Below are positions 35,824-45,407 of a stretch of DNA of 64,000 nt, one piece after another. The stretch covers positions 63,790-127,789 of the IMG/VR virus record IMGVR_UViG_3300036784_000120; one strand, 5' to 3'. This DNA comes from a virus. Taxonomy: Duplodnaviria > Caudoviricetes. The notes beneath the pieces were generated by a model. That model ran no database searches and was not told where the DNA came from. It saw nothing but the letters and a program-made list of their open reading frames with translations. The stretch's first letter is position 1; each line of letters begins with the position of its first letter. Both the position numbers and the translations under genes were made by a program.

Positions 35824-36845
35824 CAGCCCGCCTCCTCCTGCGGGACCAGTCGCAGTCCGCGCGACCGGGCCCGCTTGATCGTCTCGTTGACGCGTCGCAC
35901 CTCGGTTGCGACGCCGCGGGCAGCGAGCCACGCCACCACGTCGGCCGCTGCGACCGTCGCATCGTCGCGGCCGTCGCTCAGTGCTGCGACGGCGGCGCGG
36001 ATCGCGTCGGCGGGTCGCATCTGCGTCACGTCGCCGTGCGGTTCTGCGACCGGCTGCGGCGTCGCGGCGGCGGCTTGCGGCGGCGACGGTGCGACGGCCT
36101 GCGACTGGGATAGCTGCGCGACACGCGGCCGGGGCTGCGACCGTTCTGCGGCCCGCCGCATCCGTTCTGCGACCGCGACGCGCAGCGCCTTGAACGTCGC
36201 CACCGGGTACAGCATCCATTCCAGTACCCCGAACGGGGGCAGCGGCTCAGTGCGGGGCTTCTGCGACTTGCCGTGCTGCGCGAGGCGCACGTCGCGGCGC
36301 CGGGCCCCCATCGCCGCATGCGCCATCCAGTACACCATCACGGACATGAACGGGAACACCCACTCTTCGCCCACGTTCCCGGTCGGCAGCGCGCCGCGCC
36401 AGTTGATGAACGCGGAGGTGGCGACCAGGCAGGCGGCGATCAGCCGGAACTGGACTGCGTTCTCGCCTTTCCCGATCCGGTCGTAGGCGTATGCGGTGAC
36501 GGCGATCGCCGCGCCGTCCAGGGCATACGGCAAGATCAGCGCGTGCAGGGGCGCCCAGCCCATCTCCCCGGTCGCGAAATGCAGCAGGCCCGACAGCGAC
36601 ATCGCCGCGACCGCGGCGATCACCGTGGCCATCGTCAGGTTTCCTATGCGACGCGGCGTGAACCAGGCTGCGGTCGCACGGCGTCGCGGCGTCGCGTCGG
36701 GTGCGACCGGCTCTGCGACATCCCCTGCGACCGTGGCCGCGACCGTGCCTGTCGCGCCGCTGTCGCGTCGCTCCGTCCGCTCCCTGCGACGACGAGAGAG
36801 TGAGTGGTTTCCCATGCCGAACATCGTGTCCCCTATCGCTGTCAA
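35823..36845 (-). CDS. DUF2637-like membrane protein (AICE spread-type)
   Basis: AMSLSGLLHFA...LPYALDGAAI...ATSAFINW...PLPPFGVLEWMLYPVATFKALR. Confidence 0.75.
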   Translation of the reverse strand: MTAIGDTMFGMGNHSLSRRRRERTERRDSGATGTVAATVAGDVAEPVAPDATPRRRATAAWFTPRRIGNLTMATVIAAVAAMSLSGLLHFATGEMGWAPLHALILPYALDGAAIAVTAYAYDRIGKGENAVQFRLIAACLVATSAFINWRGALPTGNVGEEWVFPFMSVMVYWMAHAAMGARRRDVRLAQHGKSQKPRTEPLPPFGVLEWMLYPVATFKALRVAVAERMRRAAERSQPRPRVAQLSQSQAVAPSPPQAAAATPQPVAEPHGDVTQMRPADAIRAAVAALSDGRDDATVAAADVVAWLAARGVATEVRRVNETIKRARSRGLRLVPQEEAG

Positions 36846-36872
36846 GTTCCCGTCAATTCACAGGCGTGTCGG

Positions 36873-37577
36873 TCATCTCGCTGCCGTTCCGCTGGTGATC
36901 CAGCGGCCGGGCCGCGGCATCTCCCCGCCGCGGCGCACGAACTCGTAAAGCAGCTCGAAAGCCTCACCGAGATCCGGGGCGACGCGCCGTACCCGGTCCA
37001 GTGCCCGCTCCAGCGTGTCGGCGAGGGGATCAAGCAGGTCGGTGGCGGCTTCGCAGTCCGTGATGCATTCCCGCGCGGCCGCAATCCCCGCCTCCGCGTC
37101 CGATATGTCCGTTTCGGCTGCGGTGATGGCGGCGGTTTTCGCGCCGTGGCAGCCGTTACACGGCTCCTCGGTGGTCATCGCCAGCGCCATCGTCAGGGCG
37201 TGACGGGCGGCAGCCAGGTCCTGCCGCGCCGCGTCAAGGTCCTCCCACGCATCCTCAGCATCCTCCCGGACGTGTTTTTGCAGGTCAGCGGCTAGCGTTA
37301 GGTGCTGGGCGAGGTCATCTTCAAGGTCGGAGAGCGCCTCGAGGAACTCCCCGTCGTTGCCGAACCCGGTGTTGCGCCGCTGCTCATCGCTGCCCCCGAT
37401 GTCGTAACCGGGCGGGGGAGAGGTCGGGTCGAGGATCGCCAGCGCCGCGAACAGCCCTTCAACGGCCTGCCGCATCACCCCGGAACCTTCCGTGCCGGCG
37501 ATCACGTCAGTCACCGCCTCGGTCAGGTGGTCAACATCCTCGAGCATCTCGGCGCGGGCCAGCATGTCTGCGGTCAT
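36873..37577 (-). CDS. Helical hypothetical protein
   Basis: GAGGTG RBS; ends GRWIT, like 39989 gene (GHWIT). Confidence 0.7.
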   Translation of the reverse strand: MTADMLARAEMLEDVDHLTEAVTDVIAGTEGSGVMRQAVEGLFAALAILDPTSPPPGYDIGGSDEQRRNTGFGNDGEFLEALSDLEDDLAQHLTLAADLQKHVREDAEDAWEDLDAARQDLAAARHALTMALAMTTEEPCNGCHGAKTAAITAAETDISDAEAGIAAARECITDCEAATDLLDPLADTLERALDRVRRVAPDLGEAFELLYEFVRRGGEMPRPGRWITSGTAAR

Positions 37578-37649
37578 CAGCGGATCACCTCTTCGTCACG
37601 GAATGTTAGAGGGGACGGGTGTGCGTGTGGCCGGGCGGAAAAACGTCGC

Positions 37650-37727
37650 CCGACGTTCCTCGCAACTCGCCAGCCAGGGGGGAGGGGCCGATCCGACCTT
37701 CCGCCCGACCTTTCTGGCCGACATTCC
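37650..37727. repeat. Four direct repeats CCGACNTTYC, clt-like
   Basis: At 37650, 37693, 37705 and 37718, immediately downstream of the TraB-like gene. Confidence 0.6.
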
Positions 37728-37733
37728 CGGCGG

Positions 37734-39977
37734 TCACGGTGCGTCACCGCTTTCGGTGCCTGGGGCGAGTTTCACGGCCTGGCGGCGCAGCGCGTCGTGG
37801 ACCCGCTCGAAGACCGCCTTCTGCTCGTCGTCCGCGTCGGTCAGCCCCGCCGCGACCGCCTCGGTCAGGTCCTGCAAGCTCATGTACGGGCGGGGTTCGG
37901 GTGCGGCGGGAACGAACCGGGAGCCGCGGCCTTCGCCGGTCCTCCTGGCGATGCCGTGCTTGCACAGGGCGGTCAGGTACTCGTGGGCGGTTGACCGGTG
38001 CTTGCCGAGCACCTGGGCGGCCTGCCCGGACGTGGTGCCATCCGGGGCGAACAGCAGCCCCGTCAGCACCTTGAGGTCTTCTGCGGGGACTCCGGGGATT
38101 CCCGGCGCGGCGGGGCCGGGCTGCTGCACGGGTTCCTGCGGGGGAGCCGCCTGGGCCGGGTCAGGGCGGTGCCGGGCCCGGCGGGGGCCGCTGATGCTGA
38201 TGACGGCCGCCAGCCGGTCCCGCAGTCCCTGCCCGCCGGGCGACACCGCCTGCTCATCGCCGGCAGCATCATCCGGGGTGCTGGCGGTCCCGTAGCCGGG
38301 CAGCTGCCCCGGCAGCGCCGGGCGGCTGGCCGGGTCGCGGCGGGAGATGACATGCTGCTGCTGCTCGCCGATCGTGCCGAAGTCGAAGCCGCGGCCCCGG
38401 GCGGTGACCTTCTTCATGATGGGGTCCCAGACCTGGAAGAATCCGGGCTGCTTGCTGCTGTACTGGCCGATGTCGGGGATGTCTTCCCCGCCGGTAGCGT
38501 GGCGTGTCTCCGAGCCCCGCGTCATCCAGCCGACAAGGATCTGGTCCAGGTTGGCGCGGACCGCGCCGCCGCCGGTCCACTGATTGATGGCACGCTGGGT
38601 CCCCAGCAGCAGGGTGATGGCCGCCTTGGCGGCCTTGCTCGCCAGGAACTCGATCTTCCGCTTGGCGTCGGGGATCTGCGTCACGATCTCGTCGACCTCA
38701 TCAAGGAACGCGACGATCGCCGGTTCCTCTTCGGTCGGCTGGAACACTGAGTCGCCGGTGACGGAACCGGTCGCGGACCGGTCGGTGACCAGCCCCACCA
38801 GGTAGTCCAGGACCGCGCTGATCGCGGCGGCGGCGTCAGGGTCGAACCGGGCTGAGCCGGCGGCGGTCGCCGCGGCGAGCGGCTCCCACGCCAGCTCGTC
38901 TCCGGCGGCGGCGCCGTTCGCCTGGACGATCACCGCGTCGCCCATCGCGGTGACCCGTTCGCGGATCACGTCGAGCAGCGTGGTTTTCCCGGCTCTTTTA
39001 GCCCCGTACACGCCGATGACCTTGCCGCCGAGCTGGTCCCACAGCACCAGGTGCACCACCTCGCCGGTCTCCGGGGTGATCAGCGCCGGCACCGGGTCAC
39101 GGACGCTGGCCACCGCCGGGAACAGGTCCGCGAACGGGGAAGCCGGGTCGAGCGCGGGATGGCGGACCGGGCCGTTCACTGACGGGTCGATGCGGCGGAT
39201 GTTCACCACCAGCCGGCCGGGGAACGGGGAAGCGAAGTCGATGCTGCCGTACGGCAGGCCCTCAACCTGAAGCCACCGGTCGATGACCGCGCGGGGATTC
39301 GCGGCGACCGCCGCGGCGGACACCCCGTACGGTGAACCGGTCAGGGTCAGTTCCTCACCGAGATGCGTTTCCGCTATGGCGAGGAGGTCGAAGCCGGCGA
39401 GGCCGATGCCCGGCGCGAGCTGGTGCCACCACGTTTTCCGTGCGGTCCACGCGGCTGCCTCGTCGCGGCGGGCGCGGGCTGCGCGGACCGCGCGGTGGCG
39501 GCGCAGCCACGCATACCCGCCGCCGGTCACGGCGAGGTAGGCGAGGGTCAGCCACGGCGGCTGCCCGGCGAGCGGCCCCCACGTGACCGCCGCGGCGGTC
39601 CAGCCGCCGACAGCAGCGGGGATCAGCGCCGCCTCAGTGGGTCGCAGCCGGGGATGCGGCCGTTCCCGGTTGTCACGTTCCGCTTTCCGTTCCGCTGCGT
39701 CGTGCCGCATCCACGCCAGCCACGTGCCGGCGGTGACCGCAGCCGCCGCGATGGTGACATCACCGCCGGGGACGTGCGCGGCGTGCATCAGCCACGCGGA
39801 CGGCCATGTTCCCAGCGCGACAGGCAGCGGAAGACGCTCAGCGGGGGCGTGCCGGTGCCATGCCAGAGTCCGTGACCACGCCGAGTCGGACACCACCTGC
39901 ACTGCTCCCGGGTCACCGTCGTCTTGCGGGTGACCTGGGAGCGGGCAAGGACGCTCGTATCCGTCCCGGCGCGGCAT
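37734..39977 (-). CDS. FtsK/SpoIIIE-family DNA translocase (actinomycete TraB-like)
   Basis: N-terminal TMs, Walker A GAKRAGKT, Walker B FLDEVDE, LLLGTQRA, C-terminal wHTH (TSGQAAQVLGKHRSTAHEYLTAL). Confidence 0.85.
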   Translation of the reverse strand: MPRRDGYERPCPLPGHPQDDGDPGAVQVVSDSAWSRTLAWHRHAPAERLPLPVALGTWPSAWLMHAAHVPGGDVTIAAAAVTAGTWLAWMRHDAAERKAERDNRERPHPRLRPTEAALIPAAVGGWTAAAVTWGPLAGQPPWLTLAYLAVTGGGYAWLRRHRAVRAARARRDEAAAWTARKTWWHQLAPGIGLAGFDLLAIAETHLGEELTLTGSPYGVSAAAVAANPRAVIDRWLQVEGLPYGSIDFASPFPGRLVVNIRRIDPSVNGPVRHPALDPASPFADLFPAVASVRDPVPALITPETGEVVHLVLWDQLGGKVIGVYGAKRAGKTTLLDVIRERVTAMGDAVIVQANGAAAGDELAWEPLAAATAAGSARFDPDAAAAISAVLDYLVGLVTDRSATGSVTGDSVFQPTEEEPAIVAFLDEVDEIVTQIPDAKRKIEFLASKAAKAAITLLLGTQRAINQWTGGGAVRANLDQILVGWMTRGSETRHATGGEDIPDIGQYSSKQPGFFQVWDPIMKKVTARGRGFDFGTIGEQQQHVISRRDPASRPALPGQLPGYGTASTPDDAAGDEQAVSPGGQGLRDRLAAVISISGPRRARHRPDPAQAAPPQEPVQQPGPAAPGIPGVPAEDLKVLTGLLFAPDGTTSGQAAQVLGKHRSTAHEYLTALCKHGIARRTGEGRGSRFVPAAPEPRPYMSLQDLTEAVAAGLTDADDEQKAVFERVHDALRRQAVKLAPGTESGDAP

Positions 39978-39988
39978 GGCATGCTCCT

Positions 39989-40945
39989 TTACTGTGTGGC
40001 GGTGATCCAGTGGCCGTCGTGAGTCATCTGACGGCCTTGGTCGACGTGCTCCTGCGGCAGCTCGAAGTAGTCGGTGAACTCCGTGACCGCGGTGCCTACC
40101 GTCTCCGCGTTCGCCACGAACCCGTCCGCGACATCGTGGACGGCGGTGATCGCGGCGGCATCCACGCCGATGCCGGTGGTGAGCGTCTCGTGCAGTTCGA
40201 CGACCGCCTCACCGCACGCCGCGACTCCCGCGAGGAGGCCGAGCATCCAGTCGAGGAACTCCTGGTTGTCACCGGGCTGGAAGTCGATGATTGCCGCGAC
40301 GACCGCCTGCCATTCGGGCGGGACGGGGATCGGCTTGCCGTCCCTTGTCGCTAGCCGGCGGGCGCGGACCGCAGGCTGCTGCCTGGTGCCGTTGCCGTTG
40401 GGTGCTGCGGGTGCTGCCATGGACGTGCCTCCATTTGTGCGGGCAGGCGCCGGCGGTGGTGCCGGTGCTGCGGTAGTTGCCGGGACTGCGGGGGCCGGCG
40501 CGGCGGCGGGTGATCCGCGGTGCTCGGCGACAGCGCGTTCCAGGTGCCTGCGCGCCATCCGCAGGTGATCGGCCAGGTGCAGGGGGCCGCGGCGCAGCTG
40601 GCCGGCCAGGATGCCCGCGATGACCCGCCGGGCGTCGGCTTGCTGCAGGTGGTCGCGGGTGACGCCGCGCAACTGCAGCACGCGCCAGGCCGCAGCCAAC
40701 CCGACGGCGAGCAGCGCGACGGCGAGCAGGCCTCCGATGAGCGGGGCAAGGACACCCAGGGCAGTGAAGACGGCGACGGCGGCGCAGCCCCACAGCAGCA
40801 TGTTCATCCAGCCGGCCGTCGCATGGGCGGACAGCCAGCCGTCAGTCCTCCGGCGGCGGGCGATCCGGATCGCGGCGGAGACGGTGACGGCGGCGAGGTA
40901 CAGGGCGGCCAGCCAGCTGGCGACGGTAAAGACGGTTCCCGCCAT
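39989..40945 (-). CDS. Membrane protein with C-terminal helical domain; possible internal start at 40420
   Basis: TMs; GGAGG before MAAPAAPNG. Confidence 0.7.
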   Translation of the reverse strand: MAGTVFTVASWLAALYLAAVTVSAAIRIARRRRTDGWLSAHATAGWMNMLLWGCAAVAVFTALGVLAPLIGGLLAVALLAVGLAAAWRVLQLRGVTRDHLQQADARRVIAGILAGQLRRGPLHLADHLRMARRHLERAVAEHRGSPAAAPAPAVPATTAAPAPPPAPARTNGGTSMAAPAAPNGNGTRQQPAVRARRLATRDGKPIPVPPEWQAVVAAIIDFQPGDNQEFLDWMLGLLAGVAACGEAVVELHETLTTGIGVDAAAITAVHDVADGFVANAETVGTAVTEFTDYFELPQEHVDQGRQMTHDGHWITATQ

Positions 40946-40947
40946 GG

Positions 40948-41106
40948 TCACCACCGGGCCCAGCGAGCCAGGGGGCCGCTGCATCGCCGGCAGGCGGCGG
41001 AGACCGCGCCCGACCGGTGCAGGGTGACCCTCGCGCGGCCGCCGCACCTGCAGCGGTCCTTCCCGGTCCTGCGCAGCCGCGCCCGGACACGCATCTTCCT
41101 CAGCAT
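40948..41106 (-). CDS. Small basic Cys-containing protein
   Basis: AAAGGGAG RBS. Confidence 0.5.
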   Translation of the reverse strand: MLRKMRVRARLRRTGKDRCRCGGRARVTLHRSGAVSAACRRCSGPLARWARW

Positions 41107-41120
41107 GATCGTTCTCCCTT

Positions 41121-41585
41121 TCAGCATTTGCCGTTCTCGAGGCCGTTGTCGTAGGTGACCCACGGCCACCAGTTGGTTCCGTTGCCGCTGATGATCACGG
41201 CGGCGCGGGCGTTGCCGTACGGGTCGTAGGTGGCGAGGGACCCGTGGCTGGTGTTTATCTGCCAATAGCCCATGTCGGCGGTGCCGTTGCTGTCAGCGAG
41301 GTAGGCGTACTGCTGGCCGGACGATTCAGCGGTCGCGACCTCCGCGGCGAGGAACGCGGACGACGGGTTGCCGCCGGCGGCGTCCCACAGCTGCTCGAGC
41401 TGGTGGCAGTCCAGGGTGCCGCCGTGCGGGGCGGTGACGGACAGCAAGTGGCCGTGGCCGCCGTGCACTGCGGAGACCGCCTTCGGGCCGGCGCCGGCTA
41501 CCAGGAACGCGCCGAGCGCAAGCCCGATGATCTGCTCGGGCCTGATGCGGCTACGGCGACGGTAACGGCGGTAGCGGTAGGTCAT
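41121..41585 (-). CDS. Lytic transglycosylase-like protein
   Basis: AESSG...DMGYWQIN...YDPYGNARAA...NWWPWVTY. Confidence 0.85.
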   Translation of the reverse strand: MTYRYRRYRRRSRIRPEQIIGLALGAFLVAGAGPKAVSAVHGGHGHLLSVTAPHGGTLDCHQLEQLWDAAGGNPSSAFLAAEVATAESSGQQYAYLADSNGTADMGYWQINTSHGSLATYDPYGNARAAVIISGNGTNWWPWVTYDNGLENGKC

Positions 41586-41905
41586 CGCCTGGACCGCCCC
41601 TCTGAAATCAGCCGCTCATCTGCGAAGTCCGGGGTCTCGCGGGAAGCCTCGCGTAGCGCCCTCGCGCGGGCCCGCAGCCCCGCAACGAGGAAACACAGCG
41701 TGTAGATCACGGCGACCATCGCGTACAGCGCGATGCCGTTCCCGGTCGCCGCGCCAGCGAGCTCGAAGTAATCGGCGAGCCAGTTCCGGGTCAGGTCCAG
41801 CGGTCCGGGCGGCCCGACAGCCAGGTTCGCGGAATAGGACCAGGCGGTGACCGCTGCCAGTGACAGGACGGTGCCCGAGATCAGGGCGGCGCGGATTCCA
41901 GTCAT
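41582..41905 (-). CDS. Membrane protein
   Basis: 2 TM; coupling. Confidence 0.65.
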   Translation of the reverse strand: MTGIRAALISGTVLSLAAVTAWSYSANLAVGPPGPLDLTRNWLADYFELAGAATGNGIALYAMVAVIYTLCFLVAGLRARARALREASRETPDFADERLISEGRSRR

Positions 41906-42141
41906 TCGCCGTCCCCGCGCGTGATCCGCAAGGCCCAGCAGACGACAGCCACGACAATCGCGCCGGCCGCGACCGCAGCGTACTTCCCGGCGGCCAGCCC
42001 TAGAGCCACGTCAGCGAAGCCGATCATGCAGCACACGCGGCCAGCGGCACGGCCGCCGCGCAGCAGCCCGGTCAAGCCGATCAGGACTATCAGCCCCGCG
42101 GTGATCACTACAGCGGCATGCCAGTCCACATGTGCGGTCAT
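41902..42141 (-). CDS. Membrane protein
   Basis: Hydrophobic; coupling. Confidence 0.6.
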   Translation of the reverse strand: MTAHVDWHAAVVITAGLIVLIGLTGLLRGGRAAGRVCCMIGFADVALGLAAGKYAAVAAGAIVVAVVCWALRITRGDGE

Positions 42142-42707
42142 GATGAGCCTCCCGGGTTGGTGAACCCGACCACGACGGTCAGGCCAGGTGCCGATGACAG
42201 CAGCCCGTAGGTGTCGTAACGGACCTTGGTGCCGGGCACGTAGGCGTCGACCATCAGGTGTTCCGCCGGGTTGACGACGATCCCCACATGCCCCGGTGCT
42301 GAGGTGGTGCCGTCGCCGCCGGCGAAGAACACCAGGTCGCCGGGCTGCGGGCTGGTCACGTGCGGTTCGGATGCCCACTGGTCTTCCGAGGTCCGCTTGA
42401 TCGTGACCCCCGCCGAGCCCCAGGCGTTCATCGTCAGGCCCGAGCAGTCGATGCCGGCGTCGGTGGTGCCGCCGTACACGTACGGCACCACGTCGACGCG
42501 GGCGCGGGCGTAAGCTACTGCCTGTGCGGCTACTGCATGTGCGGCGGCCCTGCTCGTTACAGCGCTGCGGGCGGGGCCGCCCACGTGCCCGCCGGTCACG
42601 ACATGCCCCCGCGACCCGGCGGCGAACAGCACGACGCCGGCGCAGGCTGCCACCGCAGCCGGGTGCATACGGCGGTGCCTCCACCGGCGGTAGCGATAGC
42701 GGGTCAT
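42138..42707 (-). CDS. NlpC/P60 peptidoglycan peptidase
   Basis: PYVYGG...DCSGL...PGDLVFF...GHVGI. Confidence 0.92.
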   Translation of the reverse strand: MTRYRYRRWRHRRMHPAAVAACAGVVLFAAGSRGHVVTGGHVGGPARSAVTSRAAAHAVAAQAVAYARARVDVVPYVYGGTTDAGIDCSGLTMNAWGSAGVTIKRTSEDQWASEPHVTSPQPGDLVFFAGGDGTTSAPGHVGIVVNPAEHLMVDAYVPGTKVRYDTYGLLSSAPGLTVVVGFTNPGGSS

Positions 42708-42714
42708 TGCAGGG

Positions 42715-42807
42715 TTACCTCCGTCTGCGGCGCATGAGCCACAGAACCGTTGCGGCGACGACCGCGAGGATCACCGCCGCGATCAGCGGGGAATACCTCG
42801 CGAGCAT
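42715..42807 (-). CDS. Small TM peptide
   Basis: MLARYSPLIAAVILAVVAATVLWLMRRRRR. Confidence 0.5.
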   Translation of the reverse strand: MLARYSPLIAAVILAVVAATVLWLMRRRRR

Positions 42808-42812
42808 TGGGG

Positions 42813-43055
42813 TCAGCGGCCACCCGGCCACGACGAGTAGCCGCCCCGCGACGACGCGGCGGGCCTGTTCTTCTTCCGGCCGCTGGCCACCAAGGCGATG
42901 AGCACGAGCGCGCTGAAGCCGATGATGACGCCGTACCTCACAGGCGACGGGGCCGGGCCCTGGGCATGCGCGGCGGCGGTGCGGGCCATCAGCCACGCCT
43001 TTATCAAGAGGGCATTGAAGCCGATGATGACGAGGCCGAAAATTGCTTTCCCCAT
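42813..43055 (-). CDS. Membrane protein
   Basis: GAAGGAA RBS; 2 TM. Confidence 0.65.
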   Translation of the reverse strand: MGKAIFGLVIIGFNALLIKAWLMARTAAAHAQGPAPSPVRYGVIIGFSALVLIALVASGRKKNRPAASSRGGYSSWPGGR

Positions 43056-43070
43056 GGGGGTTCCTTCCGG

Positions 43071-43610
43071 TTACGAGGCCCTGGTCAGGGCCGTTCTTGT
43101 CCCGCTGCGCGGGCTTGCTGCCGGGCCGGCCAGGCGCCGGGCGGCGCGCTGGCTCCCCCGGCACGGACGGCACCTGCCGTCCGAGTACGTGTTCTCCGGG
43201 GTCACCCGGTGCAGGCGGGCCAGGCAATACTCCGGGCCCTCATCGTCGGCGTCGTCGTCGGCCAGGTCGTCGACCGGCTCGTCGCCGACCTGGCGCTTGA
43301 CCCGGCGGCGTTCCCGCTCGGACAATCCGCCCCAGATCCCGAACCGCTCATCGTTCTCAAGCGCGTACTCCAGGCACTCGGCGCGGACCTCACAAGACCG
43401 GCAGACCCGCTTCGGGTCGCGGGTGGAGCCGCCCTTCTCCGGGAAGAAAATCTCCGGGTCGACCTGGGCGCACAGCGCCTTGTCCTGCCACACCAGGTCC
43501 CCGAAATCGGCCGGGCGGACGACGACGTGCGCTAGCGGGACGATGACCTCTCGGCCGAGCAGCGGCCCGGCCGCGCCGAGACTGAACTCGATAGCCGTCC
43601 GGGCGGTCAT
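43071..43610 (-). CDS. whiB: WhiB-family transcription factor
   Basis: WQDKALCAQVDPEIFFPEKGGSTRDPKRVCRSCEVRAECLEYALENDERFGIWGGLSERERR. Confidence 0.95.
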   Translation of the reverse strand: MTARTAIEFSLGAAGPLLGREVIVPLAHVVVRPADFGDLVWQDKALCAQVDPEIFFPEKGGSTRDPKRVCRSCEVRAECLEYALENDERFGIWGGLSERERRRVKRQVGDEPVDDLADDDADDEGPEYCLARLHRVTPENTYSDGRCRPCRGSQRAARRLAGPAASPRSGTRTALTRAS

Positions 43611-43879
43611 GATGCGAGCACCTGACCTGGGTGGCGGCGGAGCGCGGCGGGTACCGGGGCACCGCACGTGCGGCACACCGTCCCGTCGCCGCGTCCGTCG
43701 CAGCCGGGACACCACGACGGGGCCTCAGCGACAAGCCCGGCCAGCCGGGCACCGATCAGCTCAAGGACCGTCCGGGGGTCCTGGCACTCGTCAGCGAGCG
43801 CCCGTTCGGTGAAGGTGCGGAGCCCGTCGAGGCGGGCGTACAGGTCAGCGGTTGCGGGCGCGGCGAGGGTGGCGGTCAT
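43607..43879 (-). CDS. Hypothetical zinc-ribbon protein
   Basis: CPGC...CRTC; coupling. Confidence 0.6.
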   Translation of the reverse strand: MTATLAAPATADLYARLDGLRTFTERALADECQDPRTVLELIGARLAGLVAEAPSWCPGCDGRGDGTVCRTCGAPVPAALRRHPGQVLAS

Positions 43880-44076
43880 GACGGCACCCCGGTCCCGGCT
43901 GCCTTGAGGAGAACGCCGAGCGCGTATGACTCCCGGCTGCCGATGGGAAACGCGAGAAGCGCGGCGGCAGACGCACCCATCCGGGCGATCTCCGCTGCTG
44001 CCGTCTCACCCGCCTCGGCGTGCGCGACGGACTGGGACAGGCAGTCCAGGAACTGGCGCAAGGCTTCGGGGTTCAC
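43876..44076 (-). CDS. Hypothetical protein
   Basis: Coupling. Confidence 0.6.
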   Translation of the reverse strand: MNPEALRQFLDCLSQSVAHAEAGETAAAEIARMGASAAALLAFPIGSRESYALGVLLKAAGTGVPS

Positions 44077-44462
44077 GCCGCCACCTCTTCCCGTGACATG
44101 TCCCAGATGGCGGCCAGGACCGTGGCGAAGGCGTCCCGCTGGGGGACCTTCCCGGTGAAGTCGGAGGCTTCGCCGAGCGCGAGCGCCGTGAGGTCGGTGT
44201 CGCCGTTCCGGGCGATCAGGCAGGCGAGGGCGGACGCGTCCAGGGCACGCTGCAGCGCCGCGCTGGGGGACTGCGACGGGCCGGACGCGGCGATGATCTC
44301 GCCGAGCGCCCCGCAGACCGGGCCGTCGGTGATCGCGGCGGCGGCGTCACGTGCAGCCGTCCACGCGGCGATCGCCTTCGCGGGACGCCCCGCCAGGTTC
44401 TCGGCGACTGCGGTGGCGCAGCAGTTGAGCGCGTCGTACACGCGGAAATCGGCGGGGATCAT
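44073..44462 (-). CDS. Hypothetical protein
   Basis: Start reassigned to MIPADF. Confidence 0.6.
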   Translation of the reverse strand: MIPADFRVYDALNCCATAVAENLAGRPAKAIAAWTAARDAAAAITDGPVCGALGEIIAASGPSQSPSAALQRALDASALACLIARNGDTDLTALALGEASDFTGKVPQRDAFATVLAAIWDMSREEVAA

Positions 44463-44740
44463 CGCAGGGCCGCCCTTGCGCGGGTGACTGCGCGGGCCAG
44501 CTGCCGGATAACCGGCTCGCGGGAGTGCCCGAGCAGGTCCCGTCCCGTGAGGGCGGGGCAGTCCTGAAGGAACAGCCTCGCCACCACGGCGAGAGACGAG
44601 GGTGTGTCCTGCGGGCGCGGGACAGATGCGAGTGCTACGTTGGATGTCATCAGGTGAGTCCTTTACTCGACAGTTCGGGCACGCCTTCAAGGCGCTGCGG
44701 AGCGACATCTCCGCAGCGCCTTTCACGTTCACGGGGTTCA

Positions 44741-44971
44741 TCAGGCCGCCGCCTCGTCCGGGTCCTCGTGCTGCGGACCCCGGATTTCAGCCACGCCGCG
44801 CCGCCGCCCGCCCCCGAGGAGGGCGGCGAGCTCGTCGGCGGGCGGCAGAACCTGCGCTAGCAGCCCGTCGAGCACGTGGTTAAGCGGCTTGCTGCTGGCG
44901 AGCGCCAGCATGCGCAGCCGCCGGTCTACCGCAGGGGTGATCGTCGTCGCGAGCCGGGCGGTGTACGCCAT
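44741..44971 (-). CDS. Ribbon-helix-helix-like protein
   Basis: GAAGGA RBS; RLATTITPAVDRRLRMLA. Confidence 0.6.
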   Translation of the reverse strand: MAYTARLATTITPAVDRRLRMLALASSKPLNHVLDGLLAQVLPPADELAALLGGGRRRGVAEIRGPQHEDPDEAAA

Positions 44972-45058
44972 GTAGCGGGTCCTTCCGGGCCGTGCAGCAA
45001 TCTGCATTGCTGCATTACTGTCATCCACGGTAGACGCCACGTGCGCACGGCACAAGAC

Positions 45059-45072
45059 AAGTTGCGCAACTT
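45059..45072. promoter_or_regulatory. 14-bp palindrome AAGTTGCGCAACTT, possible operator
   Basis: Located between divergent operons. Confidence 0.45.
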
Positions 45073-45207
45073 TTCCTATACTTGCGGGTGCCGGGTAATC
45101 GCCCCGGGTGATCGCAGGATCATCCGGGGCACCTTGCCGCACTGTGCTTGTCATGGGACGATCAGGTTGACATCGCAGTACCACCCGGCAAAGGAAGGAC
45201 CCCCGCG

Positions 45208-45405
45208 ATGAAGATCAGGTTCATGTGGAAGACGAGCGGCTCGGCGACCGGCAACTGCCCGGCGCTATACGCGGCTCCCGGCGGCTACGTGGTGCAAGGC
45301 AAGGTGCTCGACGCGGAGACGCGGGCGAAGCTCCGCCAGCTCGGCAGCGACGAGGACGGCGTGTTCGTCCCCGCCGACGTGATCGAGCGGATCAAGGGCC
45401 TGTAG
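45208..45405 (+). CDS. Small actinomycete protein
   Basis: GNCPALY...GYVVQG...VFVP. Confidence 0.8.
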   Translation: MKIRFMWKTSGSATGNCPALYAAPGGYVVQGKVLDAETRAKLRQLGSDEDGVFVPADVIERIKGL

Positions 45406-45407
45406 CC

